Below, piece by piece: positions 30,300 through 39,619 of a stretch of DNA of 42,085 bases. The position numbers and the translations under genes were made by a program. Numbering within the stretch: position 1 is the stretch's first letter; every line of letters starts with the position of its first letter. The notes below the pieces were generated by a model that was given only the letters and a program-made list of their open reading frames with translations, did no database searches and was not told the DNA's origin. The DNA comes from Candidatus Methanoplasma reticulitermitis. Lineage in GTDB: Archaea > Thermoplasmatota > Thermoplasmata > Methanomassiliicoccales > Methanomethylophilaceae. The stretch is taken from contig JAITTK010000083.1 in assembly GCA_031287135.1 (NCBI GenBank), positions 1 to 42,085 of the forward strand, read 5' to 3'.

Positions 30300-33128
30300 A
30301 TGAACATCATCAGAAAATACGTATTGGAAGGAGAGGAAACCCCTCTCAACGGAAAGGGAAGGATGGGGGGGGGATTGATCTCCCCCAGGAACCTCGCGGT
30401 TATACTCGCGGCGGTACTGTTCGCGACGGCAGCGTTAGCCGCGGTGTATGAGTCGGACGATTCCGATGCGGCTAACATTATTCCAATAGGTTCATATGAG
30501 GACCTTATCAAAATAGGCGATCCATCCCATCCCCTTTTTCCCTTAAACGGGGACTATATGCTGACTGCGGACATCCAAGCCGCCGGCGAAATCTTCGTTC
30601 CGATAGGAACATCCTCAACTCCGTTCACGGGTACATTCGACGGCGACGGTCACGTGATCGAGAACCTCACGATCGAAAGCGGACGGGGCCTTCAGCAGGC
30701 AGGACTCTTCGGCTATGTCAACGGAGCCACGATCTCCAACCTCGGAATGGTCGGAGGAAGCATCAACGCTGATCAATCCGCAGTTGAAGCTTATGCCGGA
30801 GGTATCGCCGCATACGCATACGCCTCATCCGGAACCACTATCATAGATAACTGCTACAACACGGGTGCTGTATCGGCGACGACGGCCGGACCGGCTTCGT
30901 ATTCAGGCGGCATCGTCGGATACGCGAACGCAGAGTTAGGCGCTGAAATAAAAATAGATAACTGCTACAACACGGGTCTAATATCAGCGATGGGGACCGC
31001 ATATAATTCGTATTCAGGCGGCATCGTCGGATACGCGAACGCAACTTCAGGCGCTGAAATTAAAATAGAGAACTGCTACAACACGAATAACGTGTCGGCG
31101 ACGGCGGGAACTTCGTCTTTGTCCAATCCGCATTCAGGCGGTATCGTCGGATACGCATACGCAGATTCAAGCGGTGCAACGACCATAGTGAACTGCTACA
31201 ACACGGGTGCTGTATTGGCGACGGGGACGCTGGACGCGCCCTTCTCGTATTCAGGCGGCATTGCTGGATTTGCACGTGCGGGTACAGTTGGCGGTGCAAT
31301 AAACATATGGAACTGCCACAACACGGGCGTTGTATCGGCTACGGCGTCGGTGAACACATCCTATTCGTATTCAGGCGGCATCGTCGGATACGTATACGCA
31401 GATTCAGGAACTGGAACAATAATCATAGAGAACTGCTACAACACGAATAGCGTATTGGCGTCGGGAACCGGGCCCAACAGTCGTTCGTATTCAGGCGGTA
31501 TCGCCGGATACGTATCCGCAGATCCGAATACACCAATAATTATAAGGAACTGCTACAACACAGGTGAAGTTTCGGCGCAGGCGACGTTGACCCAATGGGA
31601 GTCACATTCAGGCGGCATCGTTGGACATGCAGACGCATTTTCGACAAATTCAACAATAACCATAGAGAACTGCTACAACACAGGTGAAGTGTCGGCGACG
31701 GCTAAGAATATGCCGTATTCAGGCGGCATCGTCGGAAAGGCAAGCGTATATGGCGGTGCAATGGAAATAGAGAACTGCTACAACGCGGGTGTCGTATCGG
31801 CGGAGGGAGCAGCTTCAAATAAACGTGCCGGAGGAATCGCAGGGTTTGCGAACGGCACAGGGAATTTCATCACCAGCAGCTATTATCTTGAGGGTAAATT
31901 GGTAATCGAAGGCAGTCTTGCCGTTGACAAACTCGTAGGCAATCAAACATCTGCGGCGACGGGAACCTACGACGGCGATGAATTCAGAACAGATGGTCAT
32001 TCAACGTTCAAAACGGATGGTGAGAAAAAAGTTCATGGCACTTATGTCGATTGGGATTTCGGATCATCTTCTCCGATATGGGGTATCGATGCGAGCGGAA
32101 TCATCAACGACGGGTTCCCTTATCTCTTCCCCCTAGGCCCCCTCGGCCCTCGGGGATCCTCATATGATGGATGGACGGTGTCAGTGGATTATGTAAACTA
32201 CACAGGTTCCTCGACCCCTCCGGACGGTGCATCCTTTATCGTCAGGGGAGGGAGTGTGTTCTTCCTCGATATCAGGCCCGACAATGTGATCTACCGCGTG
32301 TTACTGAACGATGACGATGTGACCGCCAGTATAGAACACAACAGATATACCGTAGACCAAGCGGATGACGATCTGAGATTCGTGATTATAGTTGACGTAC
32401 ACCTCACGATACGATCGGGAACCGGAGGTTCTGTGGACTATGAGTACGATGAGGGGTGGGGAACCGTATCGCCCGGAACCGTCTCCGCAGGGGGATTCAG
32501 AACCATCGCCGTCCTCCCGGGAACAACGGTCACCCTGTGGTCCGATGCCGATGCCGGTTATGTGTTCGACAGGTGGGACGGCATCTCCGGAATACCGGGG
32601 TCCGTCCTCGATTTGTATTCCTTCACCCTTAACGGAGATGCCGAGATAAGGGCAGTGTACGATGCGCGGTCCGGCGGAGGAGGCTCCGGAGGCAACGGCA
32701 ACGGAGGCGGAAATGGCAGTGGCAGCGGAGGAGGCTCCGGAGGCAACGATAACGGTGGCGACGGCGACAATGGCGTGGTTTCCGATGTAAGCGGCAATGG
32801 AGTATCGGACGGCGAATGGGCCGTCATGAACCTCGTCTTCGCCATCCTGGCAATAATCTCTGGTATTATCGCGCTCATCGCGGGAAGGGACCTGCGGAGA
32901 GATGCGGATGACGGTACGGGAAACGGTACGGAAGAGAGACCGAAGACATCGTTCTTCCTGAGGATAGCCGCATTCATCATCGGAATCGCTTCGATCATCA
33001 TCTTCTTCCTCACCGAGGATATGAGCCTGACACCGATACCGACGGATTCATGGACTCTCCTGTCCGTGATACTGCTGATAATCGTTCTGATAATGACGAT
33101 GGTCAGTTTCAGGACGGCAAGGGACTGA
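30300..33128 (+). CDS. GLUG-motif adhesin-like surface protein
   Basis: Signal-like helix ending SDA, FTGTFDGDGH, GLFG, nine NCYNTG/GGIVG repeats, beta-rich stalk, Gly/Asn linker, three-TM C-terminal anchor. Start uncertain (30285, 30300 or 30363). Confidence 0.88.
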   Translation: MNIIRKYVLEGEETPLNGKGRMGGGLISPRNLAVILAAVLFATAALAAVYESDDSDAANIIPIGSYEDLIKIGDPSHPLFPLNGDYMLTADIQAAGEIFVPIGTSSTPFTGTFDGDGHVIENLTIESGRGLQQAGLFGYVNGATISNLGMVGGSINADQSAVEAYAGGIAAYAYASSGTTIIDNCYNTGAVSATTAGPASYSGGIVGYANAELGAEIKIDNCYNTGLISAMGTAYNSYSGGIVGYANATSGAEIKIENCYNTNNVSATAGTSSLSNPHSGGIVGYAYADSSGATTIVNCYNTGAVLATGTLDAPFSYSGGIAGFARAGTVGGAINIWNCHNTGVVSATASVNTSYSYSGGIVGYVYADSGTGTIIIENCYNTNSVLASGTGPNSRSYSGGIAGYVSADPNTPIIIRNCYNTGEVSAQATLTQWESHSGGIVGHADAFSTNSTITIENCYNTGEVSATAKNMPYSGGIVGKASVYGGAMEIENCYNAGVVSAEGAASNKRAGGIAGFANGTGNFITSSYYLEGKLVIEGSLAVDKLVGNQTSAATGTYDGDEFRTDGHSTFKTDGEKKVHGTYVDWDFGSSSPIWGIDASGIINDGFPYLFPLGPLGPRGSSYDGWTVSVDYVNYTGSSTPPDGASFIVRGGSVFFLDIRPDNVIYRVLLNDDDVTASIEHNRYTVDQADDDLRFVIIVDVHLTIRSGTGGSVDYEYDEGWGTVSPGTVSAGGFRTIAVLPGTTVTLWSDADAGYVFDRWDGISGIPGSVLDLYSFTLNGDAEIRAVYDARSGGGGSGGNGNGGGNGSGSGGGSGGNDNGGDGDNGVVSDVSGNGVSDGEWAVMNLVFAILAIISGIIALIAGRDLRRDADDGTGNGTEERPKTSFFLRIAAFIIGIASIIIFFLTEDMSLTPIPTDSWTLLSVILLIIVLIMTMVSFRTARD
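30849..31850 (+). repeat. Nine in-frame tandem repeats of 105-120 bp within the adhesin
   Basis: AACTGC(T/C)ACAAC at 30849, 30960, 31071, 31191, 31311, 31431, 31548, 31668, 31773; the first eight units are each followed by ATTCAGGCGG. Confidence 0.92.
32674..32748 (+). repeat. 24-bp exact direct repeat in the Gly-rich linker
   Basis: GCGGAGGAGGCTCCGGAGGCAACG at 32674 and 32725. Confidence 0.85.
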
Positions 33129-33187
33129 GTGGATGGTTTACCTCTCTCTGTCCCAGATCCCAATAAATCTTTTCAGCAAACGGCAAG

Positions 33188-33220
33188 AGACCGCCGCGAC
33201 CGCGGCGGTCTATTCCTTTT
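33188..33220 (+). terminator. Hairpin plus T-tract downstream of the adhesin
   Basis: AGACCGCCGC-gacc-GCGGCGGTCT followed by ATTCCTTTT. Confidence 0.65.
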
Positions 33221-33422
33221 CAATATCCTTTTGATGATTTTCCGTGATATATCGCCGTGAAATCCGAAAGCCACTCAGCTCGCCCGTCTATCATCAGATG
33301 TCAGCTCGAAAACGTTCATCATCGTGGCGAATCTCCGATTGCGCAATAAGGATAAATGGTTGTCTGTCCGGTAAGTGCTAAATCCCACCATACTATAAGG
33401 GGTCATTCGGCAGAGTGGTCGC

Positions 33423-33899
33423 ATGTTCAGGAAGAGAGAAAGGAAAGCCCGTGTGCTGTTCGTCGACGAGAAGAACGATCTGGTATCGCAGCTTGCAGAA
33501 TATTTCACCAGGGAATACTTCGGTGACATGTATGAGGTGTACAGCGCGGGTCCTAAGCACGACCTTGTCGACTGCGAGATGATATCCGTCATGTATCAGA
33601 GGGGAGAGGACATCAGACGTCAGGTGTCGAAGGACTTCAGGGACAGGGATCATCTCAGGGACGACGAGGACTACGACATCGTGGTCTTCCTCAGGAAGGA
33701 CGTATTCGACGAATGGGCGGGAAGGACGCCCTGGCAGGGTAAGCAGGTGCTCTGCGAGATGGGATCGGCCGAGGATTTCGACGCGACCGACGACCTGGAG
33801 CTTGCAAACTGCTATTCCGATCTGATCGACAGGGTAAGCAGATGGGTGAAGGAGAACATGGACGATCCCGGCAGACTGGGATCGATGATAAGCGCATGA
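33423..33899 (+). CDS. ArsC/LMW-PTP-fold protein lacking the catalytic CX5R motif
   Basis: VLFVDEKNDLVSQLAE aligns to VLFVCxxNxCRSQMAE; also VYSAG, SK and YDIVV family elements. Confidence 0.75.
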   Translation: MFRKRERKARVLFVDEKNDLVSQLAEYFTREYFGDMYEVYSAGPKHDLVDCEMISVMYQRGEDIRRQVSKDFRDRDHLRDDEDYDIVVFLRKDVFDEWAGRTPWQGKQVLCEMGSAEDFDATDDLELANCYSDLIDRVSRWVKENMDDPGRLGSMISA

Positions 33900-34414
33900 T
33901 CCCGATAATAATACATGATAAATGTCAATGCGACCCGAAGAAATGCACGGCCAAGAGGATGCTGAAGTTCGGGATCGGGAAGGAGGCGAAGACTCTGTCG
34001 GCGATACCGTCCGGATCGGTGGTCCTCTCGCCGTTCTCCCGGACCGCCCTGTCACCGGCCGATGCCGGCCATGCGAAGAGAGGGCTCGTCGTCATGGATA
34101 TGACATGGACCAACATCGATGATTTCCCGAAGGTCCGGGGCGCGAACGAAAGGGCCCTCCCGTATCTCCTTGCGGCAAACCCCGTGAACTGGGGGAGGCC
34201 GATGGAACTCAACAGCGCGGAAGCGGTGTTCGGGGCTCTCATCATATTGGGAGAGAAGGAACAGGCGGATGTGTTTCTGGAAAGGTTCAACTGGGCCCGG
34301 GAGTTCCTGCGTCTGAACGGCCCGCTTTTGGAGGATTATTCCCGGGCCGGGGACAGCGCGGAAGTCGTCCGCATACAGAACGAATATCTGGAGAGCATAC
34401 TCGGAAAAGATTAA
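33896..34414 (+). CDS. tsr3: SSU rRNA aminocarboxypropyltransferase Tsr3 (DUF367)
   Basis: QCDPKKCTA, LSPAD, RALPYLLAANPVNWG, AEA, F.W..FL.LN. ATG at 33896. Confidence 0.93.
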   Translation: MIPIIIHDKCQCDPKKCTAKRMLKFGIGKEAKTLSAIPSGSVVLSPFSRTALSPADAGHAKRGLVVMDMTWTNIDDFPKVRGANERALPYLLAANPVNWGRPMELNSAEAVFGALIILGEKEQADVFLERFNWAREFLRLNGPLLEDYSRAGDSAEVVRIQNEYLESILGKD

Positions 34415-34474
34415 CGAAACCCCCTCATTTACTGTGCAACCTTTTTATCATTCCCGACAATATAGAAGGTTACA

Positions 34475-34717
34475 ATGCCCGATGATGTTGTTGCGCTTAT
34501 TTGGGAGGCCCTGGGAGACGACAGGGTGACGACCGGAGAGGCGAGCGACAGACTGGACCGTCTGTTCGGCTATCGGTGTCCGGACGACATGGCCAAGACC
34601 CTTTCGAAATTGAGGAAGGCCGGTCTGATAAGGGGAGAGATAAGCATGGATGCCGGCGGATGGATATGGTGGGCCGACGGGGAATGCAGAGACAATATCA
34701 CAAAGGAAGGCAGGTGA
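34475..34717 (+). CDS. Small hypothetical winged-helix protein
   Basis: 80 aa with TLSKLRKAGLI helix and a beta-wing; ends 4 nt before the mcm start. Confidence 0.7.
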   Translation: MPDDVVALIWEALGDDRVTTGEASDRLDRLFGYRCPDDMAKTLSKLRKAGLIRGEISMDAGGWIWWADGECRDNITKEGR

Positions 34718-34721
34718 TCCT

Positions 34722-36830
34722 ATGGTCGTTAATTTTCAAGACAGCGAAATCGTGGCAGGATGGGAGGACATACTCAGCAAGGACAAATACCGTCTGATGT
34801 TCGCCGACATAGTGGCCAGTTATCCGGAGAAAAGGAGCATATACGTACAATATGAGGACATCGATGCGTACAATTCCGACCTCGCCATGTATTTCCTCGA
34901 CAATCCGGACAGGTGCCTTGCCAAAGGAAGGGACATGGTGAAAGCGTCGCTGCCTCCGACATGGGATCAGAGGGATGCGGTCAACCTGAGGATAACGAAC
35001 CTGCCTCGTGATGCGAAGGTCGAGGTCAGGCATCTCAGGGCGAAGCATCTGGGCAAGCTCATTTCGGTCGAAGGGCTCGTAAGGAAGGCTACGGCGGTGA
35101 AGCCCAGGATGACCCAGGCTCTGTTCAGATGTGCCAGATGCGGGGCGGAGATATGGGAGGGTCAGACAGGTGTGCTCATGAAGGAGCCGCTTATGTGCTC
35201 GAATCTCGATGGGAGCTGCAACAAGCAGGCCACCCATTTCGAACTGGATGCCAAATCCTCGGTGTATGTGGACACGCAGAAGGTCGAGGTCCAGGAGAGT
35301 CCGGAGGGACTGAGGGGCGGCGCACAGCCGGAAAGGATGACGGGATTCGTCGAGGATGACATCGCCGGGATAATAACCGCCGGGAACAGGATAACCGTAA
35401 ACGGGATAGTAAGGTCCGCGGAGAAGCCGGACAGGGACAAATCGACGGTATTCGAGATGTTCATGGACATCCTCTCGATAGAATTCGAGCAGCATGAATA
35501 TGATGAGATACAGATAACCGAAGAGGATGAACTGGAGATAATCAGCATGTCCAGGGACCCGAGATTATTCGATAACATCGTGGCATCCATCTCTCCGACG
35601 ATCCATGGTATGAATGAGGTTAAGGGGGCCATCGCACTGCAGCTCTTCGGCGGATGCAACAAGGAGATGGACGACGGAACGATGATAAGGGGGGATATGC
35701 ACGTCCTGCTCGTGGGGGATCCCGGAGTCGCCAAATCCCAGATACTGAGGTACATGAGCACTCTTTCCCCGAGGGGCATATACGCATCCGGCAAATCCGC
35801 ATCGGCCGCGGGACTGACCGCGGCGGCGGTCAAAGACGAATTCGGCGACGGCAGATGGACATTGGAAGCAGGTGCCCTCGTGCTTGCCGACAAGGGGTTG
35901 GCGTGTATCGACGAACTCGACAAAATGACATCGCAGGACCGTTCTTCTCTGCACGAGGCGATGGAATCACAGAGGATATCCGTGGCCAAGGCGGGCATAA
36001 CCGCCACCCTCCAGTGCAGATGTTCGATGCTCGCCGCGGCGAACCCCAAGTACGGGAGGTTCGAAATGGGCACATCGATAACCAATCAGATCGATCTCCC
36101 CCCGGCACTGATGTCCCGTTTCGATCTCATATTCGTGTTGACCGATAAACCCAATGCGAAATCGGACCGTGATATAACCGCACACATCCTGAATGTCCAC
36201 AGGAGGGGCGAGGCCAGACAGATAGGGGAGGACGCACCGCTGATCGCCGGCATAGACATCGGGAAAATAAAAGAAGAGACCCAGAATGTCAAACCGGTAT
36301 ATGAGCGGGAGACCCTCAGGAAATACGTCGCCTATTCGAAACGCATGGTCCCGATAATGACGGCCGAGGCCATGGGGATAATAGAAGAGAATTACCTCAG
36401 GATCAGGGCGATGGGTGCCGGGGAGAATGATTCCGTCCCCATAACCGCAAGGCAGCTGGAGGCTTTCGTCAGACTGTCGGAGGCATCGGCAAGGATGAGA
36501 CTCAGCCGCACCGTCGATGCAGATGATGCCACATGTGCGGTCAATCTCGTGGAATACTATCTGGGGAAGATACTCGCCCCCGACGGCGGTCAGTGGGACA
36601 TCGATAACATCTCATCCAATTTTGCGAAGAAGGACCGCGATGAATTGAAGGTAATCCTGAATATAATCAGGGACTTCGGCTCACCCGAAGGCATCTCCGA
36701 GGAGGAGATAATCACCCATGCTCTCAGCGAGGGCCTGTCCGAAGAGAAGACCAGGAAGAGGCTTAAGATGATGATCGGCGATGTCACCCTGTACAAGCCG
36801 CGCGACGGTCTCTACAAAGAGGTGGCGTGA
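34722..36830 (+). CDS. mcm: MCM replicative helicase
   Basis: C4 zinc finger, GDPGVAKS, GLTAA, IDELDKM, AANP, SRFD, TARQLE. ATG at 34722 after AGGTGA. No intein. Confidence 0.97.
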   Translation: MVVNFQDSEIVAGWEDILSKDKYRLMFADIVASYPEKRSIYVQYEDIDAYNSDLAMYFLDNPDRCLAKGRDMVKASLPPTWDQRDAVNLRITNLPRDAKVEVRHLRAKHLGKLISVEGLVRKATAVKPRMTQALFRCARCGAEIWEGQTGVLMKEPLMCSNLDGSCNKQATHFELDAKSSVYVDTQKVEVQESPEGLRGGAQPERMTGFVEDDIAGIITAGNRITVNGIVRSAEKPDRDKSTVFEMFMDILSIEFEQHEYDEIQITEEDELEIISMSRDPRLFDNIVASISPTIHGMNEVKGAIALQLFGGCNKEMDDGTMIRGDMHVLLVGDPGVAKSQILRYMSTLSPRGIYASGKSASAAGLTAAAVKDEFGDGRWTLEAGALVLADKGLACIDELDKMTSQDRSSLHEAMESQRISVAKAGITATLQCRCSMLAAANPKYGRFEMGTSITNQIDLPPALMSRFDLIFVLTDKPNAKSDRDITAHILNVHRRGEARQIGEDAPLIAGIDIGKIKEETQNVKPVYERETLRKYVAYSKRMVPIMTAEAMGIIEENYLRIRAMGAGENDSVPITARQLEAFVRLSEASARMRLSRTVDADDATCAVNLVEYYLGKILAPDGGQWDIDNISSNFAKKDRDELKVILNIIRDFGSPEGISEEEIITHALSEGLSEEKTRKRLKMMIGDVTLYKPRDGLYKEVA

Positions 36831-36831
36831 A

Positions 36832-37125
36832 ATGCTGCATTGCAGGATCCATGTGCATGAAAACGAAAGGATATTGGCCGCATGCGACCAGGAGATACTG
36901 GGTATGGTATTCAAAGGGGACGGTGTCAGGATAAAGGTCTCGGAGATATTCTATGGCGGGGAGGTCATCTCGGAGGACACCTTCCTGGAGAGGGCCAAGT
37001 CCGTCACGATAATGAACCTTGTCGGCAACCGCGTGGTCGACAGGGCGGTGAAAGCCGGTCTGGTCTCCGATGAGAACGTCATGATCATCGGAGAGGTGAA
37101 ACACGCCCAAGCGGTGATAATGTGA
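36832..37125 (+). CDS. DUF424 family protein
   Basis: ILAACD, FYGG, NLVGNRVV, HAQ. Confidence 0.88.
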   Translation: MLHCRIHVHENERILAACDQEILGMVFKGDGVRIKVSEIFYGGEVISEDTFLERAKSVTIMNLVGNRVVDRAVKAGLVSDENVMIIGEVKHAQAVIM

Positions 37126-38150
37126 GTTTCTGCGTGAAGTGTGGGAAGGATACCGAGAACACGATAAACGGCCTCTGCGCGGAGTGCTTCATCGACGGCA
37201 GGAAACTGACATCTCTCCCACACCACGTGGATGTGAAGGTATGCGCCAATTGCGGGGATGTAGGATACGGGGAGAGATGGGTGACGAAGGACCTCGAGGA
37301 TGCCATAGAGGAGGCGGCCGTGGATTCTCTGAGCATAATCAGAGAGGCGAAACCGGTTAGCATGGAGGTATCCTCCTCCGAGCAGGAAAAATATACGCAC
37401 GTCGTGGTGATAGATTCGATCCTCGATGTCGGAGGATGCATCGCAGAGGACACATCGTCCACCATCGTGAGATTGAAGAACACGGTCTGCAAGAGATGTT
37501 CCAGACAGCTAGGTAACTATTACGAGGCGATACTCCAGATAAGGGCCGGATCGAAGAATGTGTCGCAAAGGGTCATGAGAGAGGCGCAGAACAGGGCGGA
37601 AGAAACGGTGGATTCCCAATCGGTATCGAACAGACAGCTCTTCATAACGAAAACAGAGGAGGTGCAAGGCGGTATCGACATCTATCTATCGTCCATATCC
37701 TTGGGGAAGGCGATCGCCAAGGACCTATCGGACGCATACTGTGCCGAGACCAAGGAGGCGGCCAAACTCGTGGGGCAGACAGAGGACGGGCAGGGGATGT
37801 TCAGGGTGACCTATCTGGTCCGGCTTCCGGATTTCCATGCGGGGGACGTGGTGCAGTTCGAAGGCCGTTACTTCAAATTGGCAAGGGTCTCGGGAAACGG
37901 AGCCAAGGTTATCGATCTCATGAATTTCAGAGAGAGGTCGATCAAAAGACCGGACATGCTGTCGGTAAAGGTGCATGAGAGATCTGAGGATCTGAGGGAG
38001 GCGACGGTTGTGAGCAGGGGAAAGGGGGAGATACAGATCCTCAGTCCGTCTGATTATTCCGCCGTCGACATAAGCGTGCCGGATGATCTAGCAGCAGGGG
38101 ATTCGGTGAAGGTAACCGATATAGACGGCGCGTTATACTATGTGCCGTGA
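37122..38150 (+). CDS. NMD3-family protein (ribosome maturation)
   Basis: FCVKCG, LCAEC, VCANCG, CKRCS zinc pairs, YYEAILQIR, TYLVRLP. Confidence 0.9.
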   Translation: MSFCVKCGKDTENTINGLCAECFIDGRKLTSLPHHVDVKVCANCGDVGYGERWVTKDLEDAIEEAAVDSLSIIREAKPVSMEVSSSEQEKYTHVVVIDSILDVGGCIAEDTSSTIVRLKNTVCKRCSRQLGNYYEAILQIRAGSKNVSQRVMREAQNRAEETVDSQSVSNRQLFITKTEEVQGGIDIYLSSISLGKAIAKDLSDAYCAETKEAAKLVGQTEDGQGMFRVTYLVRLPDFHAGDVVQFEGRYFKLARVSGNGAKVIDLMNFRERSIKRPDMLSVKVHERSEDLREATVVSRGKGEIQILSPSDYSAVDISVPDDLAAGDSVKVTDIDGALYYVP

Positions 38151-38186
38151 GTGCATCTTTTTATCGGGAACGGCGATAAAGGGATC

Positions 38187-39056
38187 ATGATAAAACTGCC
38201 GGAACCCGTGGACCAGATCGTGGTCAATCTTCTGAAGGCGGCCAACACGAAACTTCCGCAGGATGTGGGCTGGGCACTGGAGGCAGCCGCAGGCTGGGAG
38301 AACGACCCGATGGCCCGGACGCAGCTGGGTGCGATAATGGACAATGTGAAAAAGGCCGAATCCCTCGGCCGTCCGATGTGCCAAGATACCGGCATACCAA
38401 TATTCTATGTTAAGGGCAGATTCGACAGTTCAATAGGAGCCGAAATAAGAAAAGGTCTGAAAAAGGCGACCGAAATCATACCTCTGAGGCCCAATACCGT
38501 CGATCCCCTGACCAGAAGGAATCCGGGAGATAATCTCGGTAAGGGCATGCCCGTGATCCATTACATACCGACGGATGATGTTTTCACCGAAATAAGCGTG
38601 TTGGTAAAGGGGGCTGGTTCGGAGAACATGACCAGGCTTGCCATGCTGAATCCCTCGGACGGGATCGAGGGCGTGAAGAGGTTCGTCGCGGACTCCGTTC
38701 TGGATGCCGGAGGAAGACCCTGTCCCCCGGGCATAGTGGGGGTCGGTATCGGAGGTACGGCGGACGAGTGCGTATCCATGGCCAAAGAGGCCCTGATGTC
38801 GCCTCTGGACTCCGATAACGGCGATCCCGTACTGAAGGAGCTGGAGGAAGACCTGTTCGTCAGGCTCAACAGCAGCGGTCTCGGCCCGATGGGGCTGGGC
38901 GGATCGACCACCGTGCTGGGAGTGAAGATAAGGTCCGCATATTGCCACACGGCAAGTCTTCCGGTCGCTGTCAACATCGGCTGCTGGGCGACGAGGAGGG
39001 CCGTTGCGCGTATAACCGACAATAACGTGGAATACGGGCAGGGGGCCGAACTGTGA
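38187..39056 (+). CDS. fumA: Fe-S fumarate/tartrate hydratase alpha subunit
   Basis: PMCQDTG, KGAGSEN, GRPCPP, GPMGLGG, HTASLPVAVNIGCWA. ATG at 38187. Confidence 0.9.
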   Translation: MIKLPEPVDQIVVNLLKAANTKLPQDVGWALEAAAGWENDPMARTQLGAIMDNVKKAESLGRPMCQDTGIPIFYVKGRFDSSIGAEIRKGLKKATEIIPLRPNTVDPLTRRNPGDNLGKGMPVIHYIPTDDVFTEISVLVKGAGSENMTRLAMLNPSDGIEGVKRFVADSVLDAGGRPCPPGIVGVGIGGTADECVSMAKEALMSPLDSDNGDPVLKELEEDLFVRLNSSGLGPMGLGGSTTVLGVKIRSAYCHTASLPVAVNIGCWATRRAVARITDNNVEYGQGAEL

Positions 39057-39619
39057 TCGAACTCAGGACGCCGTTTGGCGAGGATGCGGTCAGGAAGCTG
39101 AAGCTCGGGGACACCGTGTACCTGACCGGGGATATAATCACCGGAAGGGACGGGATGCACGAGAGAGCAATAGAGAATGTCAGACAGAACAGACCGGTAC
39201 CGGAGGGCATCGAAGAGTCGGTGCTATACCACTGCGGGCCGATAGTTGCCAGGGATGGCAACGGATGGAGAGTCGTCGCCGCGGGCCCCACCACAAGCGC
39301 GAGAATGAATTCGTCGGAACCGGAGATGATAAGAAAATTCAGGATCCGTGCCATCATCGGGAAAGGAGGCATGTCCGCAGAAGTGGGTGAAGCGATGTCT
39401 GAAACCGGCTGTGTCTATCTGGCCGCGGTCGGCGGCGCCGCGGTTTCCCTCGCGGAATCAATCATCGGCGTCCGGGGACCCGAATGGTCCGATCTCGGGA
39501 TGGCTGAGGCCATGTGGAGGTTTGAGGTCGAGGCCATGGGGCCGCTCATCGTGGCCATGGACTCGGAAGGCAACAGTCTGTATGAGAATGTGATGTCCGG
39601 GTTGATCAGGGATATCTGA
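39053..39619 (+). CDS. fumB: Fe-S fumarate/tartrate hydratase beta subunit
   Basis: TGRD..H, YHCGP, AGPTTSARM, IIGKGGM, LGMAEA. Confidence 0.9.
   Translation: MIELRTPFGEDAVRKLKLGDTVYLTGDIITGRDGMHERAIENVRQNRPVPEGIEESVLYHCGPIVARDGNGWRVVAAGPTTSARMNSSEPEMIRKFRIRAIIGKGGMSAEVGEAMSETGCVYLAAVGGAAVSLAESIIGVRGPEWSDLGMAEAMWRFEVEAMGPLIVAMDSEGNSLYENVMSGLIRDI

Noticed and set aside
30849-31850. Repeat-spacer periodicity resembling a CRISPR array
   Set aside because: Unit lengths are all multiples of 3, the frame is open and encodes GLUG-type repeats, the repeats are degenerate, and no cas genes are present.
1810-36830. Inteins in AtpA, Cdc6 or MCM
   Set aside because: Protein lengths are normal and the conserved motifs are contiguous.
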